Assembly: GCA_963829055.1 (NCBI GenBank)
Contig: CAWHHI010000016.1
Location: forward strand, 1,120,001-1,184,000
Origin: an uncultured Gemmatimonadaceae bacterium
GTDB taxonomy: Bacteria; Gemmatimonadota; Gemmatimonadetes; Gemmatimonadales; Gemmatimonadaceae
Reading direction: 5' to 3'
DNA length: 64,000 nucleotides
The position numbers and the translations under genes are program-made. The notes beneath the pieces were generated by a model that did no database searches, was not told the origin of the DNA, and was given only the letters and a program-made list of their open reading frames with translations. Shown piece by piece: positions 53,043 through 64,000 of the stretch (position 1 is the stretch's first letter; every line of letters starts with the position of its first letter).

Positions 53043-53768
53043 CTAGAGCCGGCTGCGGAGCGATTCGGGGGTGTACTGCTGAAGAAACGCCGCCATGATC
53101 GTGAAGTAGTTCGTCACCATCAGGATGCCCACCGCGATCATGAGCACACCGGACGTGCGCGTGATCCAGTTCATCTGTCGCTTCATGCGCGAGAAGAAAT
53201 CGAGAAACCGCTCGACCGCCACGGCGGCGAGGAGAAACGGGACGGCAAGGCCGAGCGAGTAGGCGAGCAGCAGCCACAGGCCGCGAGACATGTCGGCGGA
53301 GCTCGCGGCGTACGTGAGAATCGACCCGAGAATCGGTCCGATGCACGGCGTCCAGCCAGCGCCGAACGCGATGCCGACGAGTAACGTTCCGAGGTACCCG
53401 ACGGGTTTGTCGGCAATGTGAACGCGACGTTCCCGCGAGAACAGCGCGATGTTGAAGACGCCGAGCATGTACAGGCCGAACACGATGATCAGCACACCGC
53501 CAATGCGACTGATCCACACGCGTTGGTAGTTGAGCAGCTGACCGAGCGCCGTCGCCGTCGCGCCGAGCGCGAGGAAGATCAGCGTGAAGCCGAGAACGAA
53601 CAGCAGCGAGTGGACGAGCGCCGCGCGCCGGGATTTCTGCACGTCCTCGAGGCTCAGTCCCGTGATGAACGTCACGTAGCTCGGGATGAGCGGCAGTACG
53701 CAGGGTGACAGGAAACTCAGCAACCCAGCCGTGAACGCGATCGCGATGCCCAACGACGAACCTTCCAT
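53043..53768 (-). CDS. ccdA: Cytochrome c biogenesis protein CcdA
   Basis: SFLSPCVLPLIP, GWTPCIGPIL; AGGAG RBS upstream. Confidence 0.93.
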   Translation of the reverse strand: MEGSSLGIAIAFTAGLLSFLSPCVLPLIPSYVTFITGLSLEDVQKSRRAALVHSLLFVLGFTLIFLALGATATALGQLLNYQRVWISRIGGVLIIVFGLYMLGVFNIALFSRERRVHIADKPVGYLGTLLVGIAFGAGWTPCIGPILGSILTYAASSADMSRGLWLLLAYSLGLAVPFLLAAVAVERFLDFFSRMKRQMNWITRTSGVLMIAVGILMVTNYFTIMAAFLQQYTPESLRSRL

Positions 53769-55577
53769 GTCTTCTCCTCTCGCGGATCGCCGCGCTCGAC
53801 CACGAGCGGGGCGCTTCCTGCGTTGGTATTACCGCGTAAAGTATCGACCATTCCGGCGCGAGAAACGTCCGCACGACGGCCGGCGCGGCCTGATCATGCT
53901 CCAGATCGACGCCCTCGCGTATGCCGACCTGCGCCGCGCGATGGAGCTTGGCTACACGCCGACGTTGTCGCGCATGGTGAACGAGGACGAGTTCACGCTG
54001 CGCCGGTGGTTCTGCGGCCTTCCGTCGGCGACGCCGTACTGCCAGGCCGGCATCTTCCACGGCGAGAACGACGGGATCCCGGCCTTCCGCTTCTATGACA
54101 AGGCGGCGCGTCGAGTGGTCACGTGCAACGCGCCGGAAGGCGTGCAGTACATCCGCGACCGGATCCGCGCCCCCGGCGCTCTGGCGGACGGGTCGAGCTA
54201 CGTGAACCTGCTCGATGGCGACGCGCGCACGGTCGCGTTCACGGTCGCGACCCGGGAACGCATGTCGGTCTACCGCCGACTCGGTGGGACGCGCATGGCG
54301 CTGCTGATTCTGCTCCATCCGCTGCGCGTCGTTCGCATGCTGCTGCAAGGCGGTGGGCGAGTGGCTGCGCGAGGAGTGGGAGCGTGCGCGCGGCGAATGG
54401 GCGGGACGTTTCACGCACGCGGAAGGCATCTTCCCGTTCTTGCGGATCCTCACGAACGTCGTCGTGCGCGAGCTGCAGACGATCGCGATCCTGCTCGACG
54501 TGTACCTCGGCGTGCCGGTCATCTACAGCACGTTCATGCAGTACGATGAGCTCGCGCATCACTTCGGGTCCACGAGCCGGTTCGCGCTCTCCGACCTGCG
54601 GCGCACGGACGCGCGCATCGGCGAGATCGAACGCATGGCGCTCGCGGCGGGCGGCCGCGGATACGATCTCGTGATCCTGAGCGATCACGGCATGACGCCG
54701 TCGGTCGAGCTATCGGGTGCGCTTTCGCGAAACGCTCGGCACGACGGTCCAGCACATTCTCGACGGCGATGCGTTCCGCACGGGCGAGATGCCGATTCGT
54801 TCGCTCGCCAGCTTCGCCGAGACGAGCGAGTATGCCGACGTTGGACCACGCGTCGTGGAGTCGGTGGCGGGCGTGACAACATCGCGTCGTGGGCGTCGCA
54901 CGCTGCGCCGGCTGCGCGATTGGGTGCGGTCGCGCTACGGCCTGCGCGAGCTGGTGTTGCCCGAGAAGTATCGGGTCGACGCGAAGCACGGCGTCGTGGT
55001 GACGTACAGCTCGTGCCTCGCGCTCGTCTACTTCGCGCAGGAAGAAACGCGCCTCGCGCTCGAGGACATCGCCCGCAACGCACGGCACGTGGTCCTGTAC
55101 GACGCGCTGCGTGAGCACCCGGGCATCGGCCTCATCGCGGCGCTGGACGCGCGCGGCGTTCACGTGCAGAGCCGCGCCGGTCGCGCGCGCATCATCGACG
55201 GCGCGGTGGAAGTGCTGGACGGGGAGAATCCGCTGGAGCCGTACGGGGCGGACCCGCTCACCGTCCGCGCGATCGAGTCGCTCGTCAGGCAACCGAACGC
55301 CGGAGACCTCGTGCTGTTCGGTGCGTACGACGGCTACGAGATCGTCTCGTTCGACGACCAGATCGGCGCGCACGGCTCGGCGGGCGGCGACCAGGTGTGG
55401 CCGTTCCTCATCGCGCCAGGGGCGTTAGGCATCGGCAGCGAGCGCATCGAGAATGCGCGCGACATCCACCGCGTCATCATGCGGCGCTACGCGCGCGAGC
55501 CGGTCGCGATGGAAGACGTGCTGGAGCCGGATGAGGAACAGGCAGCAGCCAGTGGAGCAAATCAGCGATCGGGGTAG
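53767..55577 (+). CDS. Alkaline phosphatase superfamily / nucleotide pyrophosphatase-like protein (frameshifts near 54352, 54712)
   Basis: LQIDAL, LPSATPYCQAGIFHG, YDELAHHFG, ILSDHGMT, GAHGSAGG; start uncertain. Confidence 0.78.
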
Positions 55578-55861
55578 CGTGTCACTACTCGACGCCTAAC
55601 GCGGCTGGCCGGCGACGACACCGGCAATTCACCGCAGAGGACGGCTTCGACAACCCTCTCAGACGAGGGGAGCGAACGGATTCGTCTGATCTGGCGGATT
55701 GGCTCCTCGAGCGCGAAGGACGCTACAGCAACGAGCCGAATTGAAGAGGAACAGCCCGGGACATGAATCCGATCATCCGTTCGACGCCTTTCACTCTGAG
55801 CAGCCCGCGCGAGAGCAGTCCTCGGCTTGCATGGTGCGATCCGTCAAATCCCAGGAACGGA

Positions 55862-56581
55862 TCAGCGCTCCAGCGTCGCGAGCGGGGCTTCGAGGGCATC
55901 GCGGAATGCTTCGGTCGACAGGCGGTCCGGTTCGGCACCCTCGCCGGCGCGGCGCTGCACGCCCCTAACGACCGCGTCCAGCGCGTCGAGCGGCGCATCC
56001 GCCTCGGCGACGACGTCCACCTCCCACTTGCCGCGGTCGGCGCCCTTGAGCGTGAGGCGGTAGCGGGCGGTGTGGATCGTGAATCGAGATGCAACGCGCG
56101 CGGCGCTCGCGACGGCGGAACCGGTCAGCACATCGTCGTCATCTGCATCATCGACATCGGCGTCGTCATCCATCTCGTCTTCGTCGGCATCCTCGCCGTC
56201 CTCGTCGCCGTCGTACTCCTCGTCGTCCTCATCGTCATCATCACGCGCGTAGGGCGACTCATGCTCATCATCGTCGATGACTTCAACGACTTCCGTGACT
56301 TCGATGACTTCGTCGCTCTCGACTTCCGCGACCTGAGCCAACGCCGGCGAGATCTCCTCGCTCTCCGCGAGGATGACTACGTCGGTTGCCTCCGATAACT
56401 CCGCCTGCGGCTCCGCTGACGCCAGTACTGGTGCCGGCCGCCGAGGATCTTCCGCGACGACGGCCACGCCCGTCTCCACGCCGCCCTGGCGAATGGGCGG
56501 AAAGAGGTGAAGCTCGATCACGTGTTCGACCGGCACGCGTTGCGCGATGGCGCGCAGGAATCGCTGCTGCGTTTCCGTCAT
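55862..56581 (-). CDS. Hypothetical protein with central Asp/Glu-rich insert
   Basis: Ordered N- and C-terminal blocks (ELHLFPPIRQGGVETGVAV; HTARYRLTLKGADRGKWE) around an acidic tract; ATGA overlap with upstream gene. Confidence 0.7.
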   Translation of the reverse strand: MTETQQRFLRAIAQRVPVEHVIELHLFPPIRQGGVETGVAVVAEDPRRPAPVLASAEPQAELSEATDVVILAESEEISPALAQVAEVESDEVIEVTEVVEVIDDDEHESPYARDDDDEDDEEYDGDEDGEDADEDEMDDDADVDDADDDDVLTGSAVASAARVASRFTIHTARYRLTLKGADRGKWEVDVVAEADAPLDALDAVVRGVQRRAGEGAEPDRLSTEAFRDALEAPLATLER

Positions 56582-57702
56582 CGCGCGACCGCCGCCGGTC
56601 GAGCCGACGGGAGTGTGGCAGTACGACTGTCGAGCTCGCGCTCCACGAAGAGCCGAAGGATGTGCATGAAGTCCTGAGCGTTGGTGACGACGCCGAAAGC
56701 CTGATGAGTGCCGCGATCCTTGAGCTTGCTCACGACGAATTCGGCGGAGTCGACGCAGATGGTCGGCATCTCGCGCAGAGTGCCGTCGGGTTCCGTGACG
56801 AACGCGGGCAGCATGTTGCCAGTCGCGATGGCGTGCAGGGCGGTCGCGATCATCACGGCCATCGTCGCCTTCGTGGTGTGATGCTTCATCGCGTCCTGCG
56901 CGACCGCCGTGTCCGTGTAGACGCCAGGCAGCGGGCCGTCATCGCGAATCGAGCCGCACAGCACGTACGGGATCTTCTTCACCACGCACGCGTGCATGAT
57001 GCCGTCGGTGATGACGCCGGTCTCCACAGCACGCTCGATCGAACCGGCAGCGCGCACCTTGTTGATGGCGCGCATGTGCAGCCCGTGTCCGCCGACGGTG
57101 GATTCGCCCTTCCCCGTCATGCCGAGCGTCGTACCGAAGATGGACGCTTCGATGTCGTGAACGGCGACGGCGTTGCCCGCCAGCAGCGCGTGGACGAAGC
57201 CGTTCATGATGAACCACGTCATGTCCGACCGCGCGCGTGAATGCACGAGCGCCGGACCTGTCACCCACACGACGTAGCCGCCACGCTCGCGCTCCTCGAT
57301 GAGCAATCTCGCGAGGTGCACGTAGTCGATCGGCTTCTCGCGCGACACCTCGCTCGCCATGAACTTGAACTCGCCATCGTCGTGCCCGCCGGCCGCTTCG
57401 GTGTGCACGTAGATGCCTTCGGTTCCGTCCTCTTTCTTGCCGACGGCGACGAGGTCGCCGGAGCGGACGCGTCGCATCTCGCGGACCCAGAGCACGCCTT
57501 CGCGGTCGATGACGAGGGCCGAGTCCATCCGGGGCTCGCGCGGAAGGCGCCATTCGCCGCGGACACGGACGTAGGTCGGCAGGTTCGTCGTCGAGAAAAA
57601 GTCCTCGGGCAGCACGCCGTCCGCCGGCGCCGGGACGAAGCGGGCATCCGGCGCAGTCGAGAACCGCGCCGCACTGAAATCGGGGTGTGGAATCGTCGTC
57701 AC
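56578..57702 (-). CDS. TIGR00300 / LOR-SDH family protein (ArgZ/AgrE C-terminal-type ornithine cyclodeaminase)
   Basis: [65 protein letters not shown]. Confidence 0.82.
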   Translation of the reverse strand: MTTIPHPDFSAARFSTAPDARFVPAPADGVLPEDFFSTTNLPTYVRVRGEWRLPREPRMDSALVIDREGVLWVREMRRVRSGDLVAVGKKEDGTEGIYVHTEAAGGHDDGEFKFMASEVSREKPIDYVHLARLLIEERERGGYVVWVTGPALVHSRARSDMTWFIMNGFVHALLAGNAVAVHDIEASIFGTTLGMTGKGESTVGGHGLHMRAINKVRAAGSIERAVETGVITDGIMHACVVKKIPYVLCGSIRDDGPLPGVYTDTAVAQDAMKHHTTKATMAVMIATALHAIATGNMLPAFVTEPDGTLREMPTICVDSAEFVVSKLKDRGTHQAFGVVTNAQDFMHILRLFVERELDSRTATLPSARPAAVAR

Positions 57703-57803
57703 GGGGGGAAAGATGCTCAGCCGGTGGCGGGTGGGCCAACCCCCTGCGCCCCTCGGGCGTAAGTTCAGGTAGGGGAATCCATGATCCGCGTCCGGAGGAT
57801 TGC

Positions 57804-59796
57804 ATGAGCACCGCGAGTACGGCGCATCGCCGCTTCAAGCTGCCTGGCCTGGCGTTCGCGCTGGCCGTCACCTGCGCCGTCAACGCAGCGGCGCAAGGGC
57901 GCGCTCCACGGGACACGGCGCTCGTCGCGCGGCGCGATTCGCTCGAGCGCGAGCTGCAGCGGATCGCAGTCGTCGATCGGAAGCTCATGGTGCCCATGCG
58001 GGATGGGGCGAAGATGCAGTTCGACGTGTATCGCCCGAAGAACGCGAACGGGCCGGTGCCGGCGATCTTCGTCCGCACGCCCTACAACATGAACTTCTGG
58101 GACGTCACCCTCGGCGCCCCGGCCGATATGACGGCGCAGCTCGACGCGGTGAAGCGCGGCTACGCGTACGTCGGCGCCAACGAGCGCGGACACTTCTTCT
58201 CCGAGGGGAACTACGACATTCTCGGACCGCCGACCACGGACGGAACGGATGAGATCCAGTGGATCTCGTCGCAGAACTGGTCGAACGGCAAGGTCGGCCT
58301 GATCGGCTGCTCGTCGACCGCGGAGTGGCAGATGGCCGTCGCGGCGCAGGCGCCCGAAGGGCCTCGCGACGATCATCCCGCAGGGGTTCGGCGCCGGTGT
58401 CGGTCGCGTGAAGCCGTACTACGAGCAGGGCAACTGGTACCGCGGCGGCGCGGTGCAGATGCTGTTCATCGACTGGCTGTACGGCGAGCAGAACCAGGTG
58501 CGACCGACGTTCCCGCCGAACACGTCGCAGGAAGATCTCATTCGCGCAGCCAGGTCGTTCGACCTCGCTGACCATCAGCCGCCGGTCGACTGGGACAAGG
58601 CGTTCTGGCATTTGCCGGAGAAGGATCTGCTGAAAGCCGTCGGTGGCCCGCGCGGCATCTTCGCGGATTCGATGCCGGGGATCGCGACCGGTGGGGCGAT
58701 GATCCAGCGCACGCCTAACGATCCGGCGTGGTACCGCGGTGGGCTGTTCAACGACGACATGAAGATCAACGTGCCCGGCCTGTGGTTCATGTCGTGGTAC
58801 GACGTGTCCGTCGGGCCGAACCTCGCGACGTACAACTACGTGCGCCGCACAGCCGACCCGGCTATCGCGAATCAGCAGTATGCGGTGATCGCGCCGACGC
58901 TTCACTGCTCGTACAAGCGCGCGACGGAGAACACGATCGTCGGTGAGCGGAGCGTTGGTGACGCGCGGCTCGACTACGACGCGCTCACGTACGGGTGGTT
59001 CGACATGTTCCTCAAAGGCGAGAAGAACGGGCTGCTCGACACGCTGCCGAAGATCCGCTACTACACGATGGGCTCGAACAAATGGCAGTCGACGGACACA
59101 TGGCCGCCGCGTGGCGCAGAGGGCATGTCGTTTTATCTGTCGAGTGAAGGCGGCGCCAACACGCGGAATGGAAACGGCGTGCTGACCACGAAGGCACCGT
59201 CCGACGACAAGCCGGACACGTTCGCGTATGACCCCATGCACCCGGTGATGTCACACGGCGGCAACGTGTGCTGCCAGGGCAATGCGCTCGCGGGTGGCGC
59301 GCTCGATCAGCAGGAGACGGAGTTGCGGCCCGACGTGCTCGTGTACACGACGGAGCCGTTCAAGGAAGGCATGGAGATGAGCGGGCCGATCGACGCAACG
59401 ATCTACCTCTCGTCGGACCGGAAGGACACGGATGTCACGGTGAAGATCATCGACGTGTATCCGGACGGCAAAGCGTACAACCTGGACGAGACGATCCAGC
59501 GTGTGCGCTATCGCGACGGCTACGACAAACCGGTGACGTTCATGGAGCCGGGCAAGGTCTACAAGGTCGCGCTGCAGCCGATGACGACGAGCAACTACTT
59601 CGCGCCGGGCCATCGCATCCGGATCGAGGTGTCGAGCTCGAACTTCCCGCGCTTCGATCGCAACCTGAACACGGGCGGGAAGAACTACGACGAAACGACG
59701 GGACTGGTGGCGAAAAACGTCATTCACCACTCGAAGCAATATCCGTCGTCGATCAAGATCACAGTGGTGAAGAAACCGCCGACCGCGGACAACTAG
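57804..59796 (+). CDS. CocE/NonD family serine hydrolase (frameshift near 58355)
   Basis: Signal peptide, [48 protein letters not shown]. Confidence 0.88.
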
Positions 59797-59805
59797 GAGT
59801 CCGCG

Positions 59806-59862
59806 GGAAGGAGGCCTGAGGAAGGAGGTTGTCTCCTCTGGCCTCTTCCCCGGCCTCCTTCC
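59806..59862. other. Inverted repeat between convergent genes (possible terminator)
   Basis: GGAAGGAGGCC (59806-16) / GGCCTCCTTCC (59852-62). Confidence 0.45.
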
Positions 59863-62142
59863 TCACAGCAGACTGACCGGATCCCGATCGAGCGCGACGC
59901 GCAACTGACTTCGGTTCTTCGGCACCTCGAGACGCTCGACGAGAAAGCGACACGCGCGCGTCAGCAGCGCGGGGTTCGTACTCTTGAGCAGGAGGTGCCA
60001 GCGCCACCGGGTCTTCACGCGCTCGATCGGGCACGGTGCCGGACCCACCACCGAGATGTCGCTGCCGTACTTCGCGACCGCTCGACGTAGGCGATCCGAC
60101 GTCGTCGACGCGAGCTTCTGCGTCTCGTTCTCGTGGAGCCCCGAAAAGATCACGTTCGCGAGACGCGTGTACGGCGGATACGCCGGCTCACCGCGGCCGC
60201 CTAACTCCTGCTCGACGAATCCGCTGTAGTCGTGCGCGACCGCGCAAACGACGGCGTGATGCCCTGGCACGCGCGTCTGAATCAGCACTCGGCCACCCTT
60301 CGGCCCGCGGCCTGCGCGCCCAGCCACCTGACTCAGCAGCTGGAAGCAACGCTCCGATGAGCGGAAGTCCGGCAGGTTGATGCCGACGTCCGCATCGATC
60401 ACGCCGACGAGCGTCACGTTAGGGAAGTCGAGTCCCTTCGCGATCATCTGCGTGCCGAGCAGGATGTCGACCTCGCCGCGGCCGACACGATCGAGAATGT
60501 CGGCGTGCGCCCACTTCCCTGTCGTCGTATCGACGTCCATGCGCGCGATCCGCGCCGACGGAAAGCGCTCCGACAACAGACGCTCCACCTGCTGCGTGCC
60601 GAGTCCACGCCTGCGCAATGTGTCGCCGCCGCACCGCTTGCAGCGTGGTGTCGGCTCTTCCTTGTGCAGGCAGTAGTGGCAGACCAGCCGCTCAGGCGTG
60701 CAATGGTACGTGAGCGAGATCGTACAATTCGGGCACGTCGATACGTCGCCGCACTGACTGCACTGCACGAACGACGCGTACCCGCGGCGGTTGAGCAGGA
60801 GAATGCTCTGCTCTCCGCGGGCGAGACAGTCGACGAGCTCACGCTCGAGCGGGTCGCTCACGACGAGCGTGAAGGGATCGGGCGGCGCCTGAGAATCACG
60901 CGCCGGCAGGCGGCGCATGTTGACCACATCGATCTTCGGAAGGCTTCCACCACCGACGCGCTCCGGCAACGAGAGCCGTTTGTACTTCCCCGACGTCGCG
61001 TTCGTCCAGCTCTCCAGGCTCGGGGTCGCGCTACCGAGCACGACGACCGCGCCCTCATTGCGCGCGCGCACGATCGCGACCTCGCGCGCGTGATAGCGCG
61101 GCGATTCGGCCTGCTTGTAGCTGCCCTCGTGCTCCTCGTCGACGATGATCGCGCCGACGTTGCGAAGCGGCGCGAAGATGGCCGACCGCGCGCCGACGGC
61201 AATGCGCTTCTCGCCTCGACGAAGAGCGAGCCATGCGTCGTAGCGCTCGCCGTCGCTCAGCGCTGAATGGAGTACGGCAACGTCATCTCCGAAGACGAGA
61301 CGGAATCGATCGACGGTCTGTGGCGTCAGCGCGATCTCGGGCACGAGCACGATGGCCGTCTGCCCGCGATCGCGCACCACACGTTCGAGCAGCTCGATGT
61401 ACACGAGCGTCTTGCCACTGCCCGTGATCCCGTGCAGGAGAAACACTTCGCCCGGCGCACCCGCCGCGAGTGCGGAGATCGCCTGCTGCTGATCGGCCGT
61501 TGGCGCGTGGCGACGCGTCGAGATCTGCGGCCGCGCGGCGAATGGATCACGCTGCACGATCTCTTCGCGGACCGTGACGAGATTTCGCGCGACGAGTCCC
61601 TTGAGCACCGACGGCGAGAAGCTGAGCTGCTCGAGGAGATGCTCGACCGGCGAGCGGCCGCCTAACGATTCCATGAGCTCGTACAACGCGCGCTGCTGCG
61701 GCGCACGGGCGAAGATGCGGTCGCGATGCATCAGCGACGACAGCTCGTTCGTGATCACGGCAATCCGGCGGACCTTCTGCTGCGGCGTCGGGACCGCCGC
61801 GCCGGTCATGAGCGCGGGCAGCACTCCGCGAAGCACGACGCCCAGCGGAACGACGTAGTACGCCGCCATCCAGCGACACAACTCCAGCATCGCGGCGTCG
61901 ATCGCCGGCTCGGCGTCCGGCGCCTCGATGATCGACTTGTAGCGGCGCGCCGTGTCGGTCTCTTCGACGAAGCCCACACACACACCGACCTCCTTCCGGT
62001 TCCGGAAGGGGACCACGACGCGCGTGCCGGGCACGATGGCGTTCGCGTACTGATCGTCAGCGCGATACGAGAACGTGTTGAACAGCGGCAGCGCCAGCGC
62101 GACCTCGACGAGCACGTCAGCGGCCGTGGTCGACGCTCGCAT
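59863..62142 (-). CDS. priA: Primosomal protein N' (replication restart helicase)
   Basis: GITGSGKT, VPEIALTPQ, DEEH, SATPS, LNRRGY, CxxC motifs, GTQMIAKG, QVAGRAGR. Confidence 0.96.
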   Translation of the reverse strand: MRASTTAADVLVEVALALPLFNTFSYRADDQYANAIVPGTRVVVPFRNRKEVGVCVGFVEETDTARRYKSIIEAPDAEPAIDAAMLELCRWMAAYYVVPLGVVLRGVLPALMTGAAVPTPQQKVRRIAVITNELSSLMHRDRIFARAPQQRALYELMESLGGRSPVEHLLEQLSFSPSVLKGLVARNLVTVREEIVQRDPFAARPQISTRRHAPTADQQQAISALAAGAPGEVFLLHGITGSGKTLVYIELLERVVRDRGQTAIVLVPEIALTPQTVDRFRLVFGDDVAVLHSALSDGERYDAWLALRRGEKRIAVGARSAIFAPLRNVGAIIVDEEHEGSYKQAESPRYHAREVAIVRARNEGAVVVLGSATPSLESWTNATSGKYKRLSLPERVGGGSLPKIDVVNMRRLPARDSQAPPDPFTLVVSDPLERELVDCLARGEQSILLLNRRGYASFVQCSQCGDVSTCPNCTISLTYHCTPERLVCHYCLHKEEPTPRCKRCGGDTLRRRGLGTQQVERLLSERFPSARIARMDVDTTTGKWAHADILDRVGRGEVDILLGTQMIAKGLDFPNVTLVGVIDADVGINLPDFRSSERCFQLLSQVAGRAGRGPKGGRVLIQTRVPGHHAVVCAVAHDYSGFVEQELGGRGEPAYPPYTRLANVIFSGLHENETQKLASTTSDRLRRAVAKYGSDISVVGPAPCPIERVKTRWRWHLLLKSTNPALLTRACRFLVERLEVPKNRSQLRVALDRDPVSLL

Positions 62143-63175
62143 CGTGGCGCGGCCTAACGCCGAGCCCGGGGGTGGCCGGCAGCGTGATGACGCCGCCGGC
62201 GATCGACGCGCCTTCGAAGGGATCGTTCGCGAGCAGCGCCGCCCCGTCGAGGTCCGCGTAGTCGAGCAATGGTGCGAGGTGCGCGACCGCCGTGATCCCA
62301 AGGCTCGTCTCGACCATGCAGCCGGCCATGACGGACATGTCGTGCGCCCGCGCGGCGGCAATGATTCGCATGGCTTCCCGAATCCCGCCGCATTTCGCGA
62401 GTTTGAGGTTGATGCCATCGACCGCGCCGGCGAGCTTCGGCACGTCCGTCGCGACGAGACACGACTCATCGGCGATGATCGGGAGCGGCGAACGGTCGCG
62501 CACGAAGCGAAGTCCCTCGATGTCGTGCGCAGCGACAGGTTGCTCGACGAACTCGACATCATAGTCCAACAGCAGGTCGATCATGCGCAACGCGCTCTTC
62601 GGCGTCCACGCCGCATTCGCGTCCACGCGAAGAATCTTGTCTGGCTCGGCCGCACGAACGGCGGCAATCGTGTGCGCATCACGGGTGCCACCGAGCTTCA
62701 CCTTGAGCACCGGGTATGGGGCCGCATCCTCCAGCGCGCGATGCAGCCCCTCGTCATCGTTGGTGAGCGGGATGGTGAAGCTCGACTGCGGCGCGCGCGC
62801 GGGATCGAGGCTCAGCATGCGATGCAGCGGCACGCCGAGCCGTTTGGCCGCGAGGTCATGCAGCGCCGCGCTCACGGCCGATTTCGCCGAGCCGTTGAAC
62901 CGGATCACGCGATGCATCTCGGCCTCGATGGCCTCGAGCGACCATGCATGCATGCCATGCAGCGCCGCGAAAAGCCGGTCGATCACCGCGATCACCGTCT
63001 CCGTCGTCTCTCCATAGAAGCGACTCGGCGCAGCTTCACCCCAGCCCTCGGCGCCGTCGTCATCGATGATGCGAACCCAGACGAGACGCCACTCGCTCGC
63101 GCCCCCACGCGCGATGACGAATGGCGTTCGCGTTCGCACCGTCATGATCTCATGCTCGAGCCTCAGTGTGCTCAT
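62117..63175 (-). CDS. Dipeptide epimerase (L-Ala-D/L-Glu epimerase, enolase superfamily)
   Basis: GWGEA, KVKLG, RVDAN, EQP, ADES, KLAKCGG, GCMVE, DLDG. Confidence 0.9.
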   Translation of the reverse strand: MSTLRLEHEIMTVRTRTPFVIARGGASEWRLVWVRIIDDDGAEGWGEAAPSRFYGETTETVIAVIDRLFAALHGMHAWSLEAIEAEMHRVIRFNGSAKSAVSAALHDLAAKRLGVPLHRMLSLDPARAPQSSFTIPLTNDDEGLHRALEDAAPYPVLKVKLGGTRDAHTIAAVRAAEPDKILRVDANAAWTPKSALRMIDLLLDYDVEFVEQPVAAHDIEGLRFVRDRSPLPIIADESCLVATDVPKLAGAVDGINLKLAKCGGIREAMRIIAAARAHDMSVMAGCMVETSLGITAVAHLAPLLDYADLDGAALLANDPFEGASIAGGVITLPATPGLGVRPRHDASVDHGR

Positions 63176-64000
63176 ATCGGCGTCGCCGGTGCTCCGCCGC
63201 CACGGCGAGCGAACCACGCCGCGCGCGTTTCGCCGGGAGAGCCAACCGTCATGAGGAAGTCGAGCAGCGCATCTGCGAGCTCGGCTCCGGTCTGGAAGCG
63301 CACATCAGCGGGCTTCGCGAGACAGCGCATCACGAGCGCCGACAGCTCGGGCGAAACGCGCGAGTCCACGACCTCGGGCGCAGCGGCCGTCTCGTGGACG
63401 TGCTTGTAGCCCACCGAATACGAATCCGCGCCATCGAATGGCGGGAAACCAAGCAGCATCTCGTACAGCATGACGCCGACGGCGTAGATGTCGCTGCGGC
63501 CGTCCACCATCTTGCCCATCGCCTGCTCCGGCGACATGTAGTGCGGCGTGCCCATCGCCCGGCCCGTTCCCGTTAGGCGCCCGTGAAAGCGAGCCGTCGC
63601 GATCCCGAAGTCCGTGATCAGTGCGTGGCCGTCCTCGTCGAACAGCACGTTGTCCGGCTTCACGTCGCGATGGACGACACCGCGGCGATGCGCGTAGTCG
63701 AGCGCCGTCGCGATCTGTGCGCAGACCGCCGCTGCCGAACCCGCGCCTACCGTCCGCTCCTTCACGAGCACGTCCGCCAGCGACCCGCCAGCGAGATACG
63801 GCATGACGATGAACACGGCTTCGGCCGCTTCGGCGTAGTCGATGATCGTGCAGATGTGCGGGTGCACGAGCTGACTCGCCGACTCCGCCTCTCGCCGGAA
63901 ACGCTCGCGCATCTCTTCGTCACGCGCGAGGTGCGTGTGCAGCACCTTGATGACGAGCGGCCGCTCGAGCAATTGATGCTCGGCGTAGTAGACGTTCGCC
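63172..64000 (-). CDS. Hanks-type Ser/Thr protein kinase (5' truncated by window edge)
   Basis: VIK, RFRREA, HRDVKPDN, DFGIA, GTPHYMSPEQ, DIYAVG. Confidence 0.93.
   Translation of the reverse strand, partial: ANVYYAEHQLLERPLVIKVLHTHLARDEEMRERFRREAESASQLVHPHICTIIDYAEAAEAVFIVMPYLAGGSLADVLVKERTVGAGSAAAVCAQIATALDYAHRRGVVHRDVKPDNVLFDEDGHALITDFGIATARFHGRLTGTGRAMGTPHYMSPEQAMGKMVDGRSDIYAVGVMLYEMLLGFPPFDGADSYSVGYKHVHETAAAPEVVDSRVSPELSALVMRCLAKPADVRFQTGAELADALLDFLMTVGSPGETRAAWFARRGGGAPATPI

Overview
GC-rich (about two-thirds G+C by eye) bacterial chromosome segment. Gene content and order suggest Gemmatimonadota, but that is inference. Most of it is housekeeping: iscS-mnmA; ffs-dnaX-ebfC-recR-mglBA-pgsA-cinA-grpE-dnaJ; tal-pyk-MBL-fba; nrdJ; murQ-anmK-GH3; ggt; ccdA; priA. 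An accessory block at about 22.5-35.3 kb holds a phosphorelay island and a gas-vesicle (gvp) operon. That operon has no gvpN/gvpC/gvpO, but it carries a tandem Get3/ArsA-family ATPase and ends in a PAS-PAS histidine kinase. The strongest sequence-level signal is a non-palindromic octamer, GCCTAACG/CGTTAGGC. I counted 36 exact and 9 one-mismatch copies by hand, on both strands and in all reading frames, including as stop codons and rare codons. Several intergenic composite inverted repeats and heptamer tandem repeats are also present. Many genes carry single-base frameshifts, densest in nrdJ, most likely long-read consensus errors. No tRNA, rRNA, CRISPR array, transposase or integrase was seen.
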